A stretch of 64,000 nt of DNA from an uncultured delta proteobacterium (GCA_963789265.1 CAWBKB010000001.1:2208001-2272000), one strand, 5' to 3'; positions 28,795-38,989 are shown, counted from the first letter of the stretch. A program made the numbers and translations. The notes: generated from the sequence alone by a model not told the origin.

Positions 28795-29499
28795 TTATTG
28801 AAAGAAGCTCTCATCGCAGCTAATTCCGGCTTCTTCAAACTCTTTATACAGTTTGGTCAGCCTGTCGTTAGCAATACGTGCCTGCCGAGGTTTTTCTTCC
28901 GTTTCATGGTCCGTGGCATAACAGGCAAGACACCATTGGCACTGGTGCGTTGCCCCGAGACTCATCACGTCAAAGTTTCCGACCAAGAAGGTCCGGCGCT
29001 CTTTACGATTTCCGAAGTTTTCGACTGCGGCGAGAAACTCCAGGTTGACCTGCATAGAAACCTTATTGCCCTCTCTTGCGATATGAATGTAATCCTCCAA
29101 CGTGAGGATCGGACCTTGGGTGTCCTTGAAATCCTGAAATCTTACCACCATGTCGTTCAGGGAAAAGAGCTCGGTTTCTATAAGAATCCCTGCTTCATTC
29201 AGCGCTCGATAATCCTTCTGTAAATATCTGTTGGCAATCATTACAGCCTGGGATACGTGAGGACACAGATTGTGCGGGCAGCCTCGAGCATAGCATTTTC
29301 TGAAGCTGAATTCTTTGCTGTCTACAGTTCCGGAAAAACGACAGAAGAAGAGGATCGCTCGATATCCGTAGCTTGTATGAGTGAAATCGACTTCGTTGAT
29401 TTCAAAGGACGGGAGACAGACGATTGTTGCCCCTCTTTTTCCATGAGCAACAAGCTCGCCAATGCGAATGGGAGGTTCGAGACCAATCGTTTGATTCAT
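28795..29499 (-). CDS. Cys-rich hypothetical protein
   Basis: Long ORF with CYARGCPHNLCPH and CQWCLACY; start uncertain. Confidence 0.65.
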   Translation of the reverse strand: MNQTIGLEPPIRIGELVAHGKRGATIVCLPSFEINEVDFTHTSYGYRAILFFCRFSGTVDSKEFSFRKCYARGCPHNLCPHVSQAVMIANRYLQKDYRALNEAGILIETELFSLNDMVVRFQDFKDTQGPILTLEDYIHIAREGNKVSMQVNLEFLAAVENFGNRKERRTFLVGNFDVMSLGATHQCQWCLACYATDHETEEKPRQARIANDRLTKLYKEFEEAGISCDESFFQ

Positions 29500-29638
29500 G
29501 GCTTGTGCCTCTGTGTCGAATGAAGGTGTCGTCCGTCCGCGGTTTCCCTCCGGATCGCTGGAGGCCCACACGCGATGTAGAGAAGCTGATTCCAGACCTC
29601 ACGGGGTCTCCTCCGACCAGCCTATGAAGAAATCACCG

Positions 29639-30007
29639 TTAATAGTTCAGAACCGCCTGCGAGTTAAGGCACTCACTCAAAATTGTGGCGCCGGCGACCA
29701 CTTCCGATTTATCAATCAGGTCGAATGGCTCAATGTTGCGCTCCTTGATACAGGGAGAGCAGACAAGGATTCTTCCTCCCAGCTCCAGAAAGGAATCCAT
29801 CAATTTCTTCAACGGATCGAAACCACCCGCATGCACGCTTTCAGCGTACCCCTTCTTTGCCAATAAGACTCCATACCCCTGGAGAACAATAATTCCCGGC
29901 TCGTCCATTGCCAGAGCCGCGTTGCCAAGGGCGAATGGGATGGTGGCCCTCTCAGGGTCATCTCCGGCATGTGTTGCAATGATTACGACGCCTTCTTTTT
30001 GTTCCAT
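29639..30007 (-). CDS. DsrE/DsrF-like family sulfur-relay protein
   Basis: THAGDDPERATIPF, LQG.GV..., VCSPC, VAGA motifs. Confidence 0.85.
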   Translation of the reverse strand: MEQKEGVVIIATHAGDDPERATIPFALGNAALAMDEPGIIVLQGYGVLLAKKGYAESVHAGGFDPLKKLMDSFLELGGRILVCSPCIKERNIEPFDLIDKSEVVAGATILSECLNSQAVLNY

Positions 30008-30071
30008 GAATAAGGCCCTTTCTTGTGCTAAATTTTGTTCGGCGACAGCCTCGCAAGGCCTGCGCTTTAGT

Positions 30072-30365
30072 TCACTCTTCGCAACCATCCAAATAATCAA
30101 TCAACCCTTTGAGACGCGGGCGGGCCAAGCCATAACGAACGACCGTTCCCTCGCGCTCGCAAACCAAAATCCCATGCGTCCGCATAATCGAGAGTTGATG
30201 AGAGACATCCGGCTGCGAGGCCCCCAGACGGTTAGCCAAGCCGGTGACGTTCTCCCCGCCTTTACTGAGAATTGCCAAAATGCGGAGGCGCAGAGGATGA
30301 GCAACTGCCTTGACGATTTCGGCCACGTCCTCGGCTCGCTCCAGGTTGTCTATGAGACTGTTCAT
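30072..30365 (-). CDS. ArsR/SmtB family transcriptional regulator
   Basis: KAVAHPLRLRIL, SQPDVSHQL..MR..G, R.G..V.Y. Confidence 0.9.
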   Translation of the reverse strand: MNSLIDNLERAEDVAEIVKAVAHPLRLRILAILSKGGENVTGLANRLGASQPDVSHQLSIMRTHGILVCEREGTVVRYGLARPRLKGLIDYLDGCEE

Positions 30366-30379
30366 CGGCGTAATTTTAC

Positions 30380-30921
30380 TCAGATGAATAGCTGATTGCT
30401 CGAATTGGCAGCGTGGGCCAAAAAGCTGGCGACACCAACGTATTCCACGCCGGGATACTCGATAAGCTCTTCTCGTCTGAAGCCCATGAGGTCCATGGAC
30501 ATCTCGCAGACGCAGATCTTCACGTCAAGCTCAGCCGCTTGGGCGAAGAGCTGCTCCAGGTCCGGGGCCCCTTTTTCTTCATCAGACCCTTCATCATTGC
30601 CGTTCCCATGCCGCCCATATTCATCTTGGACAGCTTCAACTTGTTGTAACCCGTGGGCAGCATCCAGCCGAACATCCTCGACATCAAGTTCTTTCCTCCA
30701 ACTTGGGCCTGTGGCTTGCGCAGTGCAGCGGTGCCCCAAAAGGTAAAGAAAAGCACTACCTTCATGTCCATGGCAGCCGCGCCCACAGCGATGATCATCG
30801 CGGCCAGCACCTTGTCGAGATCGCCGGAGAATATGACCATCGACATCTTGTCTTCCCTGGGCGGTCCCAATTCATCGACTTTTTGCTTCAGATCGTTGAA
30901 CTCGGATATGTCTAAACTCAT
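30380..30921 (-). pseudogene. DsrE2-like (DsrE/DsrF/DrsH) protein split by a one-base frameshift near 30570
   Basis: FSGDLDK..FFTFWG..LSKMNMGGMG..MMKGLMKKK in one frame; APDLEQL..CEMSMDLMG..GVASFL in another. Confidence 0.85.
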
Positions 30922-31162
30922 TGTCACTCCTTACGTAATCATTCAGTCTTGTGGGGCAGTCCCGCGAGGCGCGGGATGGCCTGCCGAGGAAACCCCTGTT
31001 CAATGGCGGGCTAGAAAGCCCACCCCACGAAGCCACCGGCAAATTCCGGCTGTAACTGAATGCATACCTCCTTATAGCTCGAGCCATTTGCTTCGCGGTC
31101 CGCTAGTAGTTGGCACAATGCTCACAGGGAATATTCACTCCATACAAATGCTTTCCCTGCTG

Positions 31163-32311
31163 CTACACTTGACGTTGAGCCCTTAACTCATGCGTGAACA
31201 GGGCCACAGGCCGAAGAATTGCATGAGCGAATTTCGTAAATGGCAGTAGCAGCACGAGCATCATTGCTCCTACCAGGTGGACGAGGAACACAACATACTC
31301 CCCGACCGAACCCAAGGGCAGATAGACGGAAATTTCCACGACGAATCCAGTCAGAGTCACTCCCCATAACAATCCGAGAAACAGCCAGTCTGAGAGCATA
31401 GAGTGGGAGGCGTACTTGTCGGGCCGTGTTATCCTGTTGAACAGTGCTATACTCGTCCCGTAGAGAACTAGAAGACCGGCTACAGTGCCCAACAATCGCA
31501 TTGGATAGTATATGGGGACCTGTGAGAAGGGCTCCTTGAAAAGCAAATCAAGCCCGGTCGCTGCCAGCAGTCCGAGGAACCCCCACATAATCGACAAATG
31601 AACAAAGCGGCGGCGCAGATACCATGGCCCGGGCTCAGTGTCGCACCGATCGAAGCGAGTTTGGCCGACTGCTTCGAGAACCGCCGATTTGAGTGCTGTC
31701 CAGAGACTGGACCTGTCCCCTTCCCTATCTTGGACCGGAACAGCATCATTTGCCGATCCGCCAAGAGCCTTGTTGAGACGTGTGACCATGGTGACCACGC
31801 TTAGAAGGGCAACTAAACCCGCGATTGCAATCACCGTTTGTCCGGTATAATGGATGTAACGGACATTGATGAAGCTCCCCAGTTTCAGTGCCTCCGCGGG
31901 CATAGAGCCGTACCCCGTCAGCATGATCAGAGCGAGTATCGCGGCGATACAGATGAGAAAACACACGGCAAAAGTCTTGGAAGTGTAGAGACGCCGACCC
32001 AGCGTTGTGGGATCATAATGAGATATGACGTACCTTCGGACGGCTGCCACGAACTCGGCGGGTTCGGCCTGCCTCGGACAGGTGGCCGAACAATCTGCGC
32101 AATAATAGCAGAGCCACATCTCTTTGCCGGCGGCCAAACGATCCTTCAAACCCAGTTGTGCGTACCTGATGAATTTTCGTGGAAACGCAGCCCTCCCTTC
32201 AGAAAGAGAACATACCGCAGTGCAGTTTCCGCAATTGAAGCAGGCATTTATATCTGAAGCCCCGTAACGGGCCAGTTCAGTCATGAACCCAGGATCTACC
32301 GTGTGGGACAT
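31163..32311 (-). CDS. HdrC/QmoC-like protein: two 4Fe-4S motifs plus a multi-TM (putative heme b) membrane domain
   Basis: CFNCGNCTAVC, CYYCADCSATCP; TM helices with His (HLSIMWG, HLVG) and LPFTKFAH. Confidence 0.85.
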   Translation of the reverse strand: MSHTVDPGFMTELARYGASDINACFNCGNCTAVCSLSEGRAAFPRKFIRYAQLGLKDRLAAGKEMWLCYYCADCSATCPRQAEPAEFVAAVRRYVISHYDPTTLGRRLYTSKTFAVCFLICIAAILALIMLTGYGSMPAEALKLGSFINVRYIHYTGQTVIAIAGLVALLSVVTMVTRLNKALGGSANDAVPVQDREGDRSSLWTALKSAVLEAVGQTRFDRCDTEPGPWYLRRRFVHLSIMWGFLGLLAATGLDLLFKEPFSQVPIYYPMRLLGTVAGLLVLYGTSIALFNRITRPDKYASHSMLSDWLFLGLLWGVTLTGFVVEISVYLPLGSVGEYVVFLVHLVGAMMLVLLLPFTKFAHAILRPVALFTHELRAQRQV

Positions 32312-32314
32312 CGT

Positions 32315-32596
32315 CTACTCCTTCAGCAGCACGTACAGGAAGTGGTCGCCGCTCTGTTCGCCTTCAGCCACCTTCCCATATTTCCTCATGGACGTTAGAT
32401 GCCACAGCACTCGGTGAGAAGGGATGCCGGTTTCCAGGGCTATTTCCGGGACCGTTTTGGGGCCCGTGCCAAGTACTTCGGTGAGCTTCTTCCTCAATCC
32501 CCTGGTCTCTTTGACTCGCTGCGTGACACCATCGATTATTGACTTCCGAGCCTCTCTGAGCGCCTTGAGTTTTTCTCTTTCAGCCTGGTCCGTCAT
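32315..32596 (-). CDS. Small winged-helix protein
   Basis: GPKTVPEIALETGIPS..VLWHL..MRKYG.V. Confidence 0.75.
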   Translation of the reverse strand: MTDQAEREKLKALREARKSIIDGVTQRVKETRGLRKKLTEVLGTGPKTVPEIALETGIPSHRVLWHLTSMRKYGKVAEGEQSGDHFLYVLLKE

Positions 32597-32614
32597 CCTC
32601 TTTCTCCAATGCTG

Positions 32615-34535
32615 TTACCGGGCTGCAATGGCATCCACCATGGCATCGAACTGGTCAAGGGTCCAACCATTGACGTTCATGGCCCGGTGCGGACATACCG
32701 CGGCGCAAGCTCCGCACCCCCTGCAAAGCGCCGGATTCACCAAGGCCTTCTGCTCCACCTTGTCGTCCAGTTCCAGATCGGTCAGCGTCAAAGCGCCCCC
32801 ATAACTGCACTCGGCCAGACAAAGACCACAGCCATCGCAAAGTGCGGGATCGACTCGGGCAACGAAGGGTTCTAATTCGACATATCCTTTGACCAGTGCT
32901 ATGGCAGCCTTGGAAGCGGCAGCCGCTGCGGAAGCACAACTCTCTGTGATGTCTCGCGGGCCCTGGGAAGTTCCGGCCAACAGCAGGCCGTTCACCGACA
33001 TTTCCACCGGCCTGAGTTTGGGATGCACTTCTTGCAGGAACCGGTCGGCACCTACCGGCAGCTTGAATACGTCGACCAGATCCGAGATGTCGTTGGGCAT
33101 CATACCTACGGACAGGACGACCAGGTCGACGAGGGCTTCCACGTCCTCGCCAAAGGTGAGAGTGTCTTTCACCCTCACCTTTAGAGGACGCTTGGAGGTT
33201 GCTCCTGCCTTTTCGACCACAGGAAGCAAGTCGGGGGTGAACCTGAAGAACAGAACCCCCTTCTGGGAAGCCTTTTCATAGTAATCTTCGTGGCCGCGGC
33301 CGTACGAGCGGATGTCCTGGTAGTACTCGGTACACGTGCACATCGGGAAATCGGTCTTTGATCTCGTTGGCCGCCTGAAGTGTCGCCGTGCAGCAGACTC
33401 TGGAACAATAGTTGTTTACTCTACCGTCGGGCTGCGGTTCGTGAATTCCGTCTACCTGTCTGCTACCCACACAATGGATCAAGGCAATATCTCTTACCGG
33501 ACGCCCTTGGAACTCCAGCCGTCCACCGGTGGGTCCGTCGGGAGAGAGCATCTTAATGAGATCCGGCAAAGTTATCACTCGCGGGGATTCTCCGTATCCG
33601 TACTCTCCGCTCCTGGGCTCGTAATGCTTGAAGCCCGTCGCCATCACCACGACACCGGCTTTGATCTCGAGGATGTCATCCTGGGATAAATTCCAGTCTG
33701 ACCGGACTGCACAACCCTCGAATGGGCGAAAGATCACCTTCTTGTTGACGGCACCGATTTCGCTGGGGCGAGCTTCTGCTCTTCTTCGCACTTGGACCAG
33801 AAAATCCCCTATCGTGCCGCTGCTGGAGGCGACTTCGGCTTGAGTGTAGACAGTGATGTTCGAGTCATCGATCACTTCTTCCACTAGTTCCGCGAGCAAA
33901 TCCCCGGCCTTTTCTTCCGTTGGATAGACTCGATCAAGCTGCGCCGTTTGCCCTCCCAGATACGGAGATTTTTCAATGACGGTAACGCCAATTCCTTGTT
34001 TTGACAGCGTTCGAGCCGCGGTGAGACCGCTAATCCCACCGCCTATGATGACAGCGTGTGGATGAGCTTCTATTCGGATCGGCTCCAGCGGCTCAAGAAG
34101 CGCGGCTTTGGCAACCGCGGCCGCCACCAGTCTGAGGGCCTTTTGGGTGGCCTCGCCGGCATCATGACTGTGCGCCCAACTTACTTGCTCTCTGATATTT
34201 GCGTGTTCGTATAGAAACGGGTTATGTCCTTGCCTTGTCAAGGCATTGCGGAAAGTCACCTCATGAAGTTTTGGCGAACAAGATGCCACTACGACTGCAT
34301 CAAGGTCTTCGTTGCGGAGGTCTTCGAGGATCAGATCTTGCCCGGGATCCGAGCACATGAACATGTTTGTACGGGCGACTTTGACCTGTGGTATCTTTTG
34401 CACTTCTTCGGCAACTTGCTTGACGTCCACCACATCCGAGATGTTTCCGCCGCAGTGGCAAATATAAACACCTATCCGAGGCTCTTTTGACTGAATGGTC
34501 TTCGATTGGTTCTTCACTTGCGCTTCCTCGGGCAT
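32615..34535 (-). pseudogene. HdrA/QmoB-like FAD/Fe-S flavoprotein with a one-base frameshift near 33330
   Basis: GVYICHCG.NI, FMCSDPGQ, ANIREQ, GGGISG, CVGSR, YCSRVCC; continues in another frame as YYQDIRSYG..GPRDI..CDGCGLC..CRGCGAC. Confidence 0.9.
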
Positions 34536-34553
34536 TTCGTACCTCTTGATTCA

Positions 34554-34725
34554 GACTAAGTACAGCATTTCATAAATGCGGTCTGGTATGCTGGTAGCGT
34601 CGCCGTCATTCCCGCGTACACGGGAATCCAGTCAGGACCCCGGATCGGAGTCCGGGGTGACCGCAGCGAACAGGATTGCAACCACCCACCACATTGCCCG
34701 AAACAAGGCTCCGTACTTAAGAAAT
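34554..34725. repeat. Intergenic repeat cassette between the two hdrA-like genes
   Basis: Shares 15851-15879 motif and GTCATTCCCGCGTAC.CGGGAATCCAG / CCCCGGATCG.AGTCCGGGGTGAC palindromes. Confidence 0.75.
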
Positions 34726-34755
34726 CGAGCATAAGGAACCACTCTGCTTGGAAGC

Positions 34756-36111
34756 TCAGCCCACCGCTTGTTCGGCAAGCACTTCTTCACTCTGGTCAGT
34801 TGCCCCGGCGATGAGTGTGGAGATCGGCCCCAGGGATGCAATATAATTTGCTGTCTCCATAGCGGCCGCACCAGCCTTTGCAATAGTATCCACAATGTCC
34901 TTGGGTCCGCCCGCAGTCCCTGCCACAAAGACCCCCTCTTGATCGGTAAGGGCCGGTGCCATTTTGGGTCTAGGACACAAGACAAAGCCGTCATCCGCTT
35001 GCCCCACCCGGATGAATTCCAGCGGGTTGCACCCGGGTAACATGCCCAACGAAAGAACGACCATGTCGTGATTTCGCTCCTCAACACGACCGTCCTCTTC
35101 CATAAGCTCTACACGAACGTTCAGATTGTGGTCCTCGCCTTCAGTGATTTTCCCTACCTTGGCTTTCACGAACTCTATGCCCATGGCCTTTGCGTTTTGA
35201 TAGAATTCTTCGTACCCCTTGCCGAAAGCGCGAATGTCCATGTAGTAAATCGTCACATCCACCAGCGGAAGAGCCCCCGAGAGTAACATCGCCTGCTTTA
35301 TTGCGTACATGCAGCAGACTCGGGAGCAGTAAGGAACGCCAAGGCTCCGATCGCGTGAACCGGCGCACTGCACGTAGGCGATGCTGTCAGGAATTTTGCC
35401 GTCCGAGGGCCGGATTACCCTCCCATAAGGGCCATTAGGCGACAACAGACGCTCCATCTGGAGCGAGGTCAAGACGTTATGGCTCTCCTCGGGGAGATAC
35501 TGTCTCTTGGCTTCCTTCAGACTGAGCTGGAATCCTGTGGCAAGAATGACGCTCTTGGCTTCAACGATCACTTCCTCGGGCTGTTGGTAATAGTCCACTG
35601 CATGGGTGGGACAGACCTTTTCACATGACCCGCAGAGCATGCAATTATCCACATCCAACAGTGCCTTCTGCGGGATAGCGGTTGCGAAAGGCACATAGAT
35701 GGCTTTCCTGGCTCCCATTCCGCCTTCAAACTCATGCGGCAAACCCACAGGGCAAACGTACTCACACTGGCGACAACCTATGCAGAGCTTTTCGTCCACG
35801 TATCTTGGTTTTCGTGTGAGATTGGCTCGGAAGAGTGGACCCTCTCGTGTGATGGATCTGACTTCCGTGTAGGTAAAGATTTGTATGTTCGGGTGATGAG
35901 CCGCGGCAGCCATCCGTGGCGTTGTGATACAGCTTGCGCAGTCCAGAGTAGGGAAGACTTTGCTCAGGGCTATCATCACCCCGCCTATGCTTGCCTCCTT
36001 TTCCACGACAGCTACTCTGAACCCCTGATCGGCCAGATCCAGGGCTGAGGTGAGCCCGGCTATACCTCCGCCGACGACAAGAGCGTCATAGTGTTCGGCC
36101 AGCGTTTTCAT
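34756..36111 (-). CDS. HdrA/QmoA-like FAD/Fe-S flavoprotein
   Basis: GGGIAG, KVFPTLDCASC, CIGCRQC..CP, CMLCGSC..CP, CAGSRD, YCSRVCCMYAIK, GPKDI. Confidence 0.92.
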   Translation of the reverse strand: MKTLAEHYDALVVGGGIAGLTSALDLADQGFRVAVVEKEASIGGVMIALSKVFPTLDCASCITTPRMAAAAHHPNIQIFTYTEVRSITREGPLFRANLTRKPRYVDEKLCIGCRQCEYVCPVGLPHEFEGGMGARKAIYVPFATAIPQKALLDVDNCMLCGSCEKVCPTHAVDYYQQPEEVIVEAKSVILATGFQLSLKEAKRQYLPEESHNVLTSLQMERLLSPNGPYGRVIRPSDGKIPDSIAYVQCAGSRDRSLGVPYCSRVCCMYAIKQAMLLSGALPLVDVTIYYMDIRAFGKGYEEFYQNAKAMGIEFVKAKVGKITEGEDHNLNVRVELMEEDGRVEERNHDMVVLSLGMLPGCNPLEFIRVGQADDGFVLCPRPKMAPALTDQEGVFVAGTAGGPKDIVDTIAKAGAAAMETANYIASLGPISTLIAGATDQSEEVLAEQAVG

Positions 36112-36545
36112 TTTGCTAAGTGCTCTATCTCCCCTTTGCGGGGGGAGCCGATTTCTTTGAGAAGGCTGTTCATCTGGTTGACTTCCTTAAGGAACGCTTT
36201 GGTACAGACGGTGCATATAGCGGTAAGTTTGATCCTTCGACGGTCGTATCCTTCCTGCTTCATCCTCCCGGTGACCCTGTCCATTCGCGCGGCAAAACGA
36301 CGATACGCGCCTTGGTAGGGACATTCCTCACCACACGACATAACGATGATGCCGCCTATTCCTTTATCCAGGGTCCGAAAGTAGAAATCTTCCGGAAGCA
36401 TTACAGGAGCCGGAATTCGAAGTATGTAAGTATTGGGCGGATAGGACAGGTGTGCCTGTCCGACCGTATCGGCCCCGGGGTAGGCGCACGCTATTGTCGC
36501 CAAGATGAGAATCTTCGCCTGGGCCGCGTCTGATGAAGTTGCCAT
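36108..36545 (-). CDS. MvhD-like 2Fe-2S subunit
   Basis: CAYPGAD..G...YP, C.EECPY.G, G.D.RR; adjacent to hdrA. Confidence 0.82.
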   Translation of the reverse strand: MATSSDAAQAKILILATIACAYPGADTVGQAHLSYPPNTYILRIPAPVMLPEDFYFRTLDKGIGGIIVMSCGEECPYQGAYRRFAARMDRVTGRMKQEGYDRRRIKLTAICTVCTKAFLKEVNQMNSLLKEIGSPRKGEIEHLAK

Positions 36546-36556
36546 GTCTCTGCCCG

Positions 36557-36811
36557 CTATTTCTTTCTCGTAACAAAGATTCGATCGTACCCCTCGGCTT
36601 CAAGCACTCCCATGAACTCATGACCGACCTTCTTTGCCCACGCAGGGATGTCGCTCTTGGTCGCCGGATCGTTGGAAAGCACTTCCAGAACGTCGCCCAC
36701 CTTGACTTGCCCGATCCCCTTCTTTGCTTCGAGCAACGGTCCCGGACATGCGCTACCCCACGCGTCAACCACCTTGGCGGCGGTCAGGTTGGCCAATTCT
36801 ACGTTACTCAT
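36557..36811 (-). CDS. TusA family sulfur carrier
   Basis: VVDAWGSACPGP, GDVLEV..DP....DIPAW....GH; AGGAGG RBS. Confidence 0.9.
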   Translation of the reverse strand: MSNVELANLTAAKVVDAWGSACPGPLLEAKKGIGQVKVGDVLEVLSNDPATKSDIPAWAKKVGHEFMGVLEAEGYDRIFVTRKK

Positions 36812-36862
36812 GGATATTTCCTCCTGGATCATTTCGTCTTGGCGCTCGGTTTCTGATGAATA

Positions 36863-36878
36863 AGCAATTGCCATGCCA
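36863..36878 (-). promoter_or_regulatory. Sigma-54 (-24/-12) promoter of the tusA-hdr operon
   Basis: TGGCATG-GCAA-TTGCT on the minus strand, ~50 nt before tusA. Confidence 0.85.
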
Positions 36879-36997
36879 TCTCATGAACCGGACCGTTGAC
36901 TTGAGCTGAAACCAATAAAATTAGCCAGATAGAAGATGCATCCCGGTCAATGGCTCTTCACGGCACCATGTTCCATGTCAATCTTTCTTGAGAAATT

Positions 36998-37032
36998 GGT
37001 TGACAAATGTTAACCTGTAAACCTGGGTTTAC
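36998..37032. promoter_or_regulatory. Candidate enhancer (UAS) palindromes for the divergent bEBP
   Basis: GGTTGAC-AAAT-GTTAACC and GTAAAC-CTGG-GTTTAC, ~120-155 nt upstream of the -24 box. Confidence 0.55.
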
Positions 37033-37066
37033 GTTAACGTTTAAGCTCGGCAGTTGAGGTGCCTCG

Positions 37067-38422
37067 ATGAATCAGCAAGAGATGGTCGGCTTCTGGAAAA
37101 CCATCGTCGATACAATGATGAACGGCCTGATAGTGGTTGACGCAGACGGGATGATAGTCGCGGTCAATCATGCCACTGAAGAAATCACCGGCTATGAGCG
37201 GGAGGAACTCATCGGAAGCCCCTGCACGATTCTAAACTGCGACCAATGCCCTGCCCGTGTGCCGGAAGGCGACTTTACATGCGATCTGTTCGAGACGAAA
37301 CAAATCGAGAAGCGCAGATGTACTCTCACGAGAAAAGATGGCACCGTGCTGCCTGTAGTGAAGAATGCCAGAGTCCTCAGCGGGAATGATGGAAAGGTCA
37401 ATGGTGGCGTAGAGACCATCACGGATCTCAGTGAGATAGTTACCAGAGATCTGAAAATAGCCAGATTGAGTTCAATATTGAAGGGCAAAGACAGCTTTCA
37501 CGAGATCATTGGGAAATGTCGAGCAATGCAAGATGTCTTTGATTTGATCACCGATGCGGCTCAATCGGATGCGCCCATTATCATCTACGGTGAAAGCGGC
37601 ACAGGCAAAGAACTCGTCGCGTCCGCGATTCATAAACTGGGCAGACGTAAGGCCGGTCCTTCGGTCAAAGTGAATTGCGCGGCCTTAACCGAATCACTCT
37701 TGGAAAGCGAGCTATTCGGACATGTCAAGGGCGCTTACACTGGAGCTGACAGAAACAGAAAGGGGCGTTTTGAAGTGGCGGACGGAGGGAATATTTTTCT
37801 CGATGAGATCGGAGACATCCCGCTTTCCATGCAGGTGAAAATATTGCGGGTTTTGCAAGAAAAAGAATTCGAGCGAGTTGGAGATAGTAAACCAATAAGA
37901 GTGGATGTCAGAATCATCTCGGCGACTCATCGAGATCTGTCCGAAATGATTGCTCGGAATGAGTTCAGGGAGGATTTGTTCTATCGTCTCAATGTTATCC
38001 CAATCCATTTGCCTCCTTTAAGAAAAAGGCGGGAGGACCTTCCGTTGCTGATCGAACATTTCATCGAGGAAAATCGCTTGAAAACCGGCAAAAACATAAT
38101 CGGGATCAGCAGCCGGGCCATGAACTCGCTGATATCCTACTCCTGGCCGGGCAATATCAGGGAGTTGCTCAATGCTATTGAATATGCTTTTGTGGTCTGT
38201 CGGCAGGCACGCATAGAAGAGCCTCACCTCCCCGAAGCTATCAAGAATGGAAAATCATCGCTTTCCTCGGCTAAAGACGGTGAAGGGGAAAGGAACCGGA
38301 TCGTCGAAGCTATCAGGCAAGCTGGCGGCAAAAAACTTGAGGCGGCCCGACTGCTCGGGATTACCAGGCAAGCTCTCTGGAAAAAAATGGCCAAGTTGGG
38401 GATCAAAAAGGAATTTGCCTGA
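37067..38422 (+). CDS. PAS-domain sigma-54 enhancer-binding protein (Fis family)
   Basis: GESGTGKE, ESELFGH.KGAYTGA, FLDEIG, WPGNIREL; C-terminal HTH. Confidence 0.95.
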   Translation: MNQQEMVGFWKTIVDTMMNGLIVVDADGMIVAVNHATEEITGYEREELIGSPCTILNCDQCPARVPEGDFTCDLFETKQIEKRRCTLTRKDGTVLPVVKNARVLSGNDGKVNGGVETITDLSEIVTRDLKIARLSSILKGKDSFHEIIGKCRAMQDVFDLITDAAQSDAPIIIYGESGTGKELVASAIHKLGRRKAGPSVKVNCAALTESLLESELFGHVKGAYTGADRNRKGRFEVADGGNIFLDEIGDIPLSMQVKILRVLQEKEFERVGDSKPIRVDVRIISATHRDLSEMIARNEFREDLFYRLNVIPIHLPPLRKRREDLPLLIEHFIEENRLKTGKNIIGISSRAMNSLISYSWPGNIRELLNAIEYAFVVCRQARIEEPHLPEAIKNGKSSLSSAKDGEGERNRIVEAIRQAGGKKLEAARLLGITRQALWKKMAKLGIKKEFA

Positions 38423-38589
38423 TTGTCCACCGCTGAGAACACAGAGATCGCGGAGAATTCTGCTCTCTACAAACCTGTATGGGGATTCTCGAAATTGATC
38501 ACGGAACAAGAAGAAGGCTTGGTGGCGACGCCCCGCGCGGAACGCGGGGTTGCAGTGGGGATGCCTCGCGTGGAACGCGGGACTCCCTG

Positions 38590-38719
38590 CCATTCGTCAC
38601 CCCGGACTTCGATCCGGGGTCCAGTCTGGATGCCCGCGTACGCGGGCATGACGACAGGCAATCACGCCCGGGCGTGACTGTCCTACTAAAAACACGGTGT
38701 CACTTGTTTGAAAGCGAAT
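38590..38719. repeat. Inverted copy of the left half of the 21429-21780 element
   Basis: Near-identical reverse complement of 21429-21538. Confidence 0.85.
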
Positions 38720-38939
38720 AGGTATTATTCCTCCCTTTCGTAAAGCGGGGTCAGGGGAAACTTTTTGGATACCTCCTTGAAAATCCCCCTAAATCCCCCT
38801 TTAGAAAAGGCGATATTATACTTGCCAAACCCTTCTTTGTTTGCCTTGATACTTTCTATCTAAAAACGCGCGCGGTTCCAATAACTTACCTCTTGAAAAC
38901 GAGAAACAGAACCATGTAGTCTTCCCGATTCAGAAACGG

Positions 38940-38989
38940 AAAAAGCCGAATAAAGGAACTATCTTAGCGGTATCATTCCTTTATTCGGC
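38940..38989 (-). terminator. 14-bp perfect hairpin followed by T-run on the minus strand
   Basis: GCCGAATAAAGGAA (38945-38958) / TTCCTTTATTCGGC (38976-38989); A-run at 38940-38944. Confidence 0.55.

Noticed and set aside
31163..36545. Canonical qmoABC or hdrABC gene names
   Set aside because: No aprAB or hdrB nearby and MvhD is a separate gene; symbols withheld.
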